Of a stretch of DNA of 64,000 nucleotides, positions 56,666-64,000 are shown piece by piece. Both the position numbers and the translations under genes were made by a program. Source of the stretch: Thermoanaerobaculia bacterium. Its GTDB lineage: Bacteria > Acidobacteriota > Thermoanaerobaculia > UBA5066. A model generated the notes under the pieces. It did not search any database. It saw nothing but the letters and a program-made list of their open reading frames with translations, and was not told where the DNA came from. Numbering within the stretch: the stretch's first letter is position 1; each line of letters begins with the position of its first letter. The DNA lies in contig JBBRRY010000003.1 in NCBI GenBank assembly GCA_038245905.1, forward strand, positions 96,001-160,000, given 5' to 3'.

Positions 56666-57702
56666 GGGCCGGCGCGGCGCGCCCCCTCCTCGGACGACGT
56701 GAACCACGGAAGGAGCGCGCGGTCGGGGACCAGCCTTGCCGCGGCGATCGCGGCGCGCTTCGCGAGGAGGCGGTCGCGATTCGCCGAGAGCCAGCGGAGG
56801 GCCGGCAGCGACGTGCGCTCCACGGTGAAGCACGCACCCACGACGACAAGGTCGCGCACGAAGGTGCCGGGAAACGTCGCGCGGAGATGATCCCCGCCCG
56901 CGTTGTTGATCCGGAGAAGGAAACGGTTTTTCACGGAATGAAGGTTCGCCGCCGGCGACATCTCCCGCCGCCGCTCCGGAAGATTGCGCCGCCGGTGCCA
57001 GGCGCGGGCGGCGGGCACGCAGCGGGCGGTCCAGCCGCGGCCGCGGAGCCGCCACGCGAGGTCGACGTCCTCGCGGTAGAGAAAGAAGTCGTTGTCGAAA
57101 AAGCCCGTCTCGATGCGGACGTCCGAGAGCGCGGCCGTCCGGTAGAGCGCGACGCAGCCCGAAACTCCGAAGACCTCCGCCGTGTCGTCATAGCGCCCGT
57201 CGTCCCTTACGCCCGCCCCGATGTCGAAGTGTCTTCCGTTCGCCGTCATGCGGATTCCGACCGTGTCGAGCACGTCCGTGGGCACGAGGTCGGCGCCGTC
57301 CGCCCGGAAGATCTTTCCGGTGAACGCGCCGACGCGCGCGTACTCCGGGCGGCCCGCCTCGGCGAGCAGCCGCTCGAGGTAATCGGGCGCGAGGACGACG
57401 TCGGAATTGAGAACCAGAACCCACGGACTTCCGGCTTCGACGGCGCGACCGATCGCGACGTTGTGGCCTCCCGTGTAGCCGAGATTCTCGCGCGACGCCA
57501 CGACTGCGAGCGGCACCGGCGTCACTTTCTCGAACGCCGCGAACGTCGAGCGCGTGCCGTCCTCGGACGCGTTGTCCACGGCGACGATCGCGAAATCGCG
57601 GAACGTCTGCGCGAAGAGGGACGGAAGAAGCCGCTCGACGTCGCGGGACTCGTTGTGCGTGACGATCGAAACGAGGACGGCGGGGGCTCCGGGGTCCGTC
57701 AC
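56662..57702 (-). CDS. GT2 glycosyltransferase
   Basis: VDNASEDG, NLGY, LNSD, FFLYREDVDL. Confidence 0.9.
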   Translation of the reverse strand: MTDPGAPAVLVSIVTHNESRDVERLLPSLFAQTFRDFAIVAVDNASEDGTRSTFAAFEKVTPVPLAVVASRENLGYTGGHNVAIGRAVEAGSPWVLVLNSDVVLAPDYLERLLAEAGRPEYARVGAFTGKIFRADGADLVPTDVLDTVGIRMTANGRHFDIGAGVRDDGRYDDTAEVFGVSGCVALYRTAALSDVRIETGFFDNDFFLYREDVDLAWRLRGRGWTARCVPAARAWHRRRNLPERRREMSPAANLHSVKNRFLLRINNAGGDHLRATFPGTFVRDLVVVGACFTVERTSLPALRWLSANRDRLLAKRAAIAAARLVPDRALLPWFTSSEEGARRAGP

Positions 57703-58649
57703 GCGGCGCCTCTCCCCGGCAGGAGCCCCGAGCGCCAGCCGAGACCGAGGAGCCCCCGAACGACCCGCGCGTGCGCGGCGGCGGCGTCCGATCGGGGATG
57801 GTCGGGCCGCACGACCGGGAGGAGCGCGAGTCTCAGGATCGCTCCGAGGAGCGTCGAGAGCCGTGCGACGGCGCGGAAGCCGGGGGAGGCATGGCGCGCG
57901 AGGTACAGGAAGAGGTTCCGGACATACGCGGGACGGAAGTCGCGGTAGGGAAGCGCGTTCATCGTGACGCCGCCCACGTGCGTTGCGCGGCCTTCCGGAA
58001 CGTACCGGATCCGCCGGCCCGATTCCAGGAGGCGCGCGCAGAAGTCCACGTCCTCGAACCAGGCGGGCACGAACACGGGATCGAAGCCGCCGAGCGACTC
58101 GAATGCCTCGCGCCTCATGAGGAGGGCGGCGGCCGCGGGCTGCTCAACGTCGAAGGCCGTGTCGCGATCCCGGTCGAGGTAGCGGTCGCGCCGGAATCCC
58201 GGATTCCCGGGGAAAAGACGGTCGACGAGGAACGCCTCGCGGACCAGTGAGCCAATCGACGGGAGCCGGCGGAGCTGAAAGCGCTCTTGCCCGTCGCCCG
58301 TGAGCCTCGGCGCGACGGCGGCGACCGCCGGATCGGCATCGAGAGTCTCGAGGAGGGCGTCGAGCGTCCGGCGGCCGTCCACGAGCGCGGCGTCCGGGTT
58401 CAGGAAGAGGATCGTCTCGGAGGGGGCTCCTTCCCGCGCGGCCCGGTTGCACGCGGGCCCGAACCCGAGATTCACGCCGGCTTCGACCACGCGTGCGCCT
58501 GCCGCGCGGGCCGCCGCCACGGAGCCGTCCGTCGACGCGTTGTCCACGACCACGACCGGCACGCCCTCTGGCACCGACTTCACGGCGGCCGCGAGGTGCG
58601 CGGCCGAGTTCCAGGAGACGATGGCGACGAGGACGCGCGGGGTGCTCAA
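57699..58649 (-). CDS. GT2 glycosyltransferase (rhamnosyltransferase-like)
   Basis: VDNASTDG, NLGFG, LNPDA, WFEDVD. Confidence 0.9.
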   Translation of the reverse strand: MSTPRVLVAIVSWNSAAHLAAAVKSVPEGVPVVVVDNASTDGSVAAARAAGARVVEAGVNLGFGPACNRAAREGAPSETILFLNPDAALVDGRRTLDALLETLDADPAVAAVAPRLTGDGQERFQLRRLPSIGSLVREAFLVDRLFPGNPGFRRDRYLDRDRDTAFDVEQPAAAALLMRREAFESLGGFDPVFVPAWFEDVDFCARLLESGRRIRYVPEGRATHVGGVTMNALPYRDFRPAYVRNLFLYLARHASPGFRAVARLSTLLGAILRLALLPVVRPDHPRSDAAAAHARVVRGLLGLGWRSGLLPGRGAA

Positions 58650-58698
58650 ACGACAGGATGATAGTGCGGCGCGGCGCGGCGCTTAGAATCCGCGAGCG

Positions 58699-59974
<1,276 letters not shown>

Positions 59975-59988
<14 letters not shown>

Positions 59989-60145
59989 TTCGGCCGTTCG
60001 TGCGGATTTCCGCCAGCAGATCGCCCACGCCGCGCGCGGCCGCGAGTTTCTCGAGTGTCGCGAAATCGAGCTTTTCGTCCTGCGCGGCGAGGAGCGCGCG
60101 GACATCGCGCACGTGCTTCGAAGAACCGCCTTCGGAGTCAGTCAC
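59975..60145 (-). pseudogene. Probable internally deleted nucleotidyltransferase (MNT/DUF6036-like) remnant
   Basis: GTG start overlaps the end of the upstream gene; VTDS joins directly to a C-terminal-like EGGSSKHVRDV...LD...L. Confidence 0.5.
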
Positions 60146-60380
60146 CCAGAAGGCACACTCGGAGTAACTGCTGGCGCACTTCTTCGAGGACCTGCTCGTC
60201 GCTCCAATCGGGATGTTCGGCCCGCACACCCGCGTGTTTGACCTCCCGCGCCGTTCGCTGGAGAGACTGCGCGACCGCCCACCTCTCGTCCGGCGTCATC
60301 GCGGAAAAGAGACGCATCTGCTCGGGATCCGGTGCGTCGTCGGGGAGCCCGGGAGCCCTCTTGTCCTCGTGCGACGTCAT
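60138..60380 (-). CDS. Small helical protein (MTP.ER...G.R..HP.W type), of a kind often found upstream of nucleotidyltransferases
   Basis: 80 aa; TAGACT-N8-ATG. Confidence 0.65.
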   Translation of the reverse strand: MTSHEDKRAPGLPDDAPDPEQMRLFSAMTPDERWAVAQSLQRTAREVKHAGVRAEHPDWSDEQVLEEVRQQLLRVCLLGD

Positions 60381-60417
60381 CGGCCAGCAGTCTATCGCCT
60401 GAGTCCAGGGTCGGGGT

Positions 60418-60505
60418 TGGAGGAGGAGGAGGGATTCGAACCCCCGGAACCTTTCGGTTCAACGGTTTTCAAGACCGCCGCCTTAAACCACTCGGCCACT
60501 CCTCC
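60418..60505 (-). tRNA. tRNA-Ser(UGA)
   Basis: GGAGGAG acceptor, CTTGAAA anticodon loop, long variable arm, GTTCGAATC, encoded CCA. Confidence 0.96.
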
Positions 60506-60579
60506 GCGCATCCTCCGGTCGGGCTGCCGGGCGCGATTATCCTCTCTCCCTGCTAGACTTCGCGGCCCGGCGGCGCCAC

Positions 60580-60673
60580 GGACAGGTGGGTGAGTGGCTG
60601 AAACCAGCGGTTTGCTAAACCGCCGTAGGGCTTTAAAACCTTACCGGGGGTTCGAATCCCCCCCTGTCCGCCA
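60580..60673 (+). tRNA. tRNA-Ser(GCU)
   Basis: GGACAGG/CCTGTCC acceptor, TTGCTAA loop, long variable arm, GCCA end. Confidence 0.96.
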
Positions 60674-60702
60674 TTTCCAACGCGCCGCCGGACCGGGGGA
60701 AC

Positions 60703-60731
60703 GGAAACTTTCGTCCCCGAGAACCCGTATC
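60703..60731 (+). promoter_or_regulatory. Putative ECF (SigW-like) promoter of the exporter operon
   Basis: GGAAAC-N17-CGTATC, overlapping a hairpin downstream of the tRNA. Confidence 0.55.
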
Positions 60732-60775
60732 AGGCAGTGGGAATCAAGCGTTTTGAGCCGGAAGGGAGCCTTACC

Positions 60776-62077
60776 GTGACCACGCGGATCAAAGTTGCGA
60801 TCGGGGTGGGCACGGCGGTCGTGCTCGGCCTCGTCGTGTTCGCCTCGATCAAGAGCCGGGACAAGAGCATCGTCCGGGTCACGACGGCCAAGGTCGCGAA
60901 GGCTCCTCTCGTCGCGACCGTGAGCTGCAACGGCCGTGTGAGAGCGCGCGTCAAGGTCGACATCTCCTCGCAGGTGATGGGTCAGATCGTGACGCTCGCG
61001 GTCGTCGAGGGGGAACACGTGAAGAAAGGCGACCTTCTCCTCCAGATCGACAAGGTCCAGTACGACGCGGGCGCACAGGCGACGCAGGCCGGCCTCGATG
61101 CCCTTTTCGCCCAGCGCGAGTCCGACCGCGCGACGAAGGAGCAGGCCGAGCGTGACTACACACGCGAGCAGAAGAACTTCGAGGCGAAGATCACGTCCGT
61201 GCAGGTGCTCCAGAAGGCGAAGCTCGTGCTCGACGCGGCCGCCGCGAACGAGCGCGCGACCGAAAGTCGTATCGAGCAGGCGCGCGCAAACCTCCTCGCG
61301 AACAAGGACAGCCTGAAGAAGACGACGATCACGTCTCCGATCGACGGCATCGTCACGGCCAAGCCCGTGGAAGCCGGCGAGAACGCGATCATCGGCACCA
61401 TGAACAACGCGGGGACGGTGCTCCTCACGGTGTCGGACATGTCCGTCGTCGAGGGCGAGATGGAGGTTGACGAGACCGACATCCCGAACGTCAAGGTCGG
61501 GCAGAAGGCGAGCCTCACGTTCGACGCCTATCCCGATAAGAAGTTCGACGGCGTCGTCACGGAGATCGGGGGCAGCCCGATCCTGAAGTCCGCGCTCGGG
61601 ACCGATTCGTCCGCCGTGAACTTCAAGGTCAAGGTCCAGGTCGCGAAGCCGCCGTCGAACATCCGTCCCGGCTTCTCCGTCTCGGGGAAGATCGAGACCG
61701 ACCGGCGCGAAGCGGCCCTCGCGATTCCGATTCCCGCCCTCGTCGTCGCCGACCCGGCGTCGCTCGAGCGCACGAAGCCCGGCAAGAAGGCGACGCCGGC
61801 CGCCGCGACCACGGCGACAGCCACTGCCACGTCTGGCCTCGCCGAGAAGAAGAAGGACGTCGAAGGCGTCTTCGTCGTCAAGAAGGACGGGACAGTCGAG
61901 TTCCGCAAGGTCAAGACGGGGATCAATGCCGATCTCCAGACGGAGGTCCTCGAGGGACTCACGAACGGCGAGGAGATCGTCACGGGCCCGTTCAAGGCGC
62001 TCCGCCAGCTCAAGGTCGGCGACCGCGTGAAAGTGGACAATTCGGCCCCCGCTGCGGACGCCGCGAAGAAGTCCTGA
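60776..62077 (+). CDS. MacA/HlyD-like periplasmic adaptor
   Basis: N-terminal TM, VEGEHVKKGDLL, ITSPIDG, VDETDI..VKVGQ. Confidence 0.92.
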   Translation: MTTRIKVAIGVGTAVVLGLVVFASIKSRDKSIVRVTTAKVAKAPLVATVSCNGRVRARVKVDISSQVMGQIVTLAVVEGEHVKKGDLLLQIDKVQYDAGAQATQAGLDALFAQRESDRATKEQAERDYTREQKNFEAKITSVQVLQKAKLVLDAAAANERATESRIEQARANLLANKDSLKKTTITSPIDGIVTAKPVEAGENAIIGTMNNAGTVLLTVSDMSVVEGEMEVDETDIPNVKVGQKASLTFDAYPDKKFDGVVTEIGGSPILKSALGTDSSAVNFKVKVQVAKPPSNIRPGFSVSGKIETDRREAALAIPIPALVVADPASLERTKPGKKATPAAATTATATATSGLAEKKKDVEGVFVVKKDGTVEFRKVKTGINADLQTEVLEGLTNGEEIVTGPFKALRQLKVGDRVKVDNSAPAADAAKKS

Positions 62078-62092
62078 GGGCAGGGGAGCGAC

Positions 62093-63313
62093 ATGCTGTT
62101 CGGGGAGCTTCTGCGCGTCGCCTGGAAGGCGGTCACGGCCCAGAAGCTCCGCTCTCTCTTGACCTTGCTCGGCGTCATTATCGGCGTCATGACCGTCATC
62201 GCGGTCGTCGCCGTGATTTCAGGCCTGAACAACTACGTCGCGACGAAGATCTTCTCGCTCTCGCCCGACGTCTACGCGGTGACGCGCTGGGGAATCATCA
62301 CGTCGCGCGAGGGGTTCCTCGAGGCGCTCAAGAGAAAGCCCGTCAAGAAACCCGACTTCGAGCAGGTCGTCCGCCTCGCGCACCTTGCCGACAAGATCGG
62401 CGCCTCTTCAGGAACGACGCAGCTTGCCAAGTCCGGGAATAACCGCCTCTCGGACGTCCAGATCCAGGGGACGACGGCGAACATGAGCGAGATTCGCAAT
62501 CTCGACCTGGAATCGGGACGTTTCTTCAGCGAGATGGAGAACGAGCATCGCGCCTTCGTCGCCGTCATCGGCTCGGACGTGAGGGAGGAGCTTTTTCCGC
62601 GCGTGGATCCCGTTGGCCGCACCATGACGATCGGCGGGGCGTCGTTCGAAATCATCGGTCTTCTCGCCAAGCAGGGTTCCGTGATGGGGCAGAGCCAGGA
62701 CAAGGTCGCCTACATCCCGCGCGAGACGCTCTGCAAGGTCTGGGGAGCCAATCGCCAGCTCTCGATCTACGTCCAGGCAAAGGGCGGCGTGCCGGGCGTC
62801 CCCGCGTCGATGGACGAGATCCGGACGATCTTCAGGGCCATCCGCCACACGGACCCGAAGGCATCCGATCCGATCGTCTTCGTGAATGCGGACGCGATCC
62901 AGGTCGTGTGGAAGGCGATCACGGCGGCCGCCTTCGCGCTCCTCGTATTCATCAGCGGCATCTCCCTCGTTGTCGGCGCGATCGTGATCGCGAACATCAT
63001 GCTCGTGTCCGTGATCGAGAGGACGAAGGAGATCGGGCTCCGCCTCGCCGTGGGCGCGCGGAAACGCGACATCCTCTCGCAGTTCCTGCTCGAGGCCGGC
63101 CTCCTCGCGCTCGGAGGCGGCTGCCTCGGCGTGTTCTTTGGCTGGCTCATCGCGCTCCTGGTGGACGCCTTCACGCCGCTCCCGACGCTCGTGACGAGCG
63201 GGCTCATCGTGTCGGGACTCGTTCTCGCGACGATCACGGGCCTCATCGCCGGCGTCTTCCCGGCCATCAAGGCGAGCCGTCTCACGCCGATCGAAGCGCT
63301 CCGATATGAGTAA
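62093..63313 (+). CDS. MacB/FtsX-like ABC permease
   Basis: KLRSLLTLLGVIIG, NIMLVSVIERTKEIG, QFLLEA, PIEALRYE. Confidence 0.93.
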   Translation: MLFGELLRVAWKAVTAQKLRSLLTLLGVIIGVMTVIAVVAVISGLNNYVATKIFSLSPDVYAVTRWGIITSREGFLEALKRKPVKKPDFEQVVRLAHLADKIGASSGTTQLAKSGNNRLSDVQIQGTTANMSEIRNLDLESGRFFSEMENEHRAFVAVIGSDVREELFPRVDPVGRTMTIGGASFEIIGLLAKQGSVMGQSQDKVAYIPRETLCKVWGANRQLSIYVQAKGGVPGVPASMDEIRTIFRAIRHTDPKASDPIVFVNADAIQVVWKAITAAAFALLVFISGISLVVGAIVIANIMLVSVIERTKEIGLRLAVGARKRDILSQFLLEAGLLALGGGCLGVFFGWLIALLVDAFTPLPTLVTSGLIVSGLVLATITGLIAGVFPAIKASRLTPIEALRYE

Positions 63314-63325
63314 GGACCGCTCCTC

Positions 63326-64000
63326 ATGAGGAATCTCCTGGACTCGTTCCGCCGCGTCATCGCCGAGAACCTCCGGTTCGCGCTGACCGCGCTCCGCGCG
63401 CACAAGCTGCGCGCGTTTCTCACGATGGTCGGCATCGTCATCGGCGTCTGGACGGTCATCAGCATGGTCGCCCTCGTGACGGGCTTCGACCGCTCGCAGA
63501 CAGAGGCCTTCTCGTCGTTCGGCACGACGCTCGTGGTGTTCCAGAAGTTCGAGCCCCGTTTCGGGCACGGCCAGCGGTCGGAGGAGGAGCGCAAGCGCCA
63601 CGACCTCACGATCGAGGACGCGGAGGCCCTGCGCGCGCTCTGCCCGTCGATCCTCGCCGTCTCGCCCGAGAGGTACATGTGGGGCCAGTCGCAGGTCAAG
63701 GGGAACGGCAACGAGGCGAACGCCCCGCAGGTCGGCGGCATCAACCAGGACTACGCGATCTGCAACAACTGGGAGATCCAGGACGGCCGCAACATCACCG
63801 AGACCGACGTTCTCCACGCGACGGACGCCTGCGTCATCGGACAGGACGTCTCGGAAGCTCTCTTCAAGGGGAAGGACCCTCTCGGCCAGTCGATCTCCGT
63901 GAACGGAAAACGCCTTCAGGTCGTCGGCACCTTCAACAAGAAGGGCTCGTCCGGGTTCGGCGGCCAGCCAGACAACATCGTCATGATGCCGATCTCGACG
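63326..64000 (+). CDS. Second MacB-like ABC permease, runs off window end
   Basis: MRNLLDSF...HKLRAFLTMVGIVIG, LTIEDAEAL; no stop in window. Confidence 0.88.
   Translation, partial: MRNLLDSFRRVIAENLRFALTALRAHKLRAFLTMVGIVIGVWTVISMVALVTGFDRSQTEAFSSFGTTLVVFQKFEPRFGHGQRSEEERKRHDLTIEDAEALRALCPSILAVSPERYMWGQSQVKGNGNEANAPQVGGINQDYAICNNWEIQDGRNITETDVLHATDACVIGQDVSEALFKGKDPLGQSISVNGKRLQVVGTFNKKGSSGFGGQPDNIVMMPIST

Noticed and set aside
60418-60505. tRNA-Sec to serve the selenoprotein
   Set aside because: The anticodon is UGA (Ser), not UCA, and the acceptor stem is the normal 7 bp.

Overview
High-GC bacterial chromosomal window. The Oar-like TonB receptors, divergent Hfq and overall gene set suggest an Acidobacteriota genome, possibly Thermoanaerobaculia (inference only). 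Housekeeping genes include metH, yitJ, purD, pgi, serS, two tRNA-Ser, a Rieske/cytochrome b-c complex and a MacAB-like exporter. Main points of interest: (1) a TonB receptor / LytS kinase / JAMM-type metalloprotease / LytTR regulator / TonB receptor module; (2) four promoters with the same architecture, AlgR-like YYCGYC boxes at 21-bp period with a -10-like hexamer starting exactly 38 nt after the last box starts, one of them in front of a second LytS/LytTR locus about 25 kb away; (3) a hidden PrdB/GrdB-like selenoprotein (UxxC plus SECIS hairpin) that the ORF track splits in two; (4) a diverged ~460-bp duplication enclosing a low-GC insert, which fuses the selenoprotein start in frame to a LAS/MepA-like peptidase tail; (5) a large GT-C (DUF2298/PMT, NHL, PA14) glycosylation cluster; (6) many apparently leaderless genes, including a 5-codon uORF coupled to the methionine synthase operon. 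All family calls come from recognising motifs by eye; no database searches were run.
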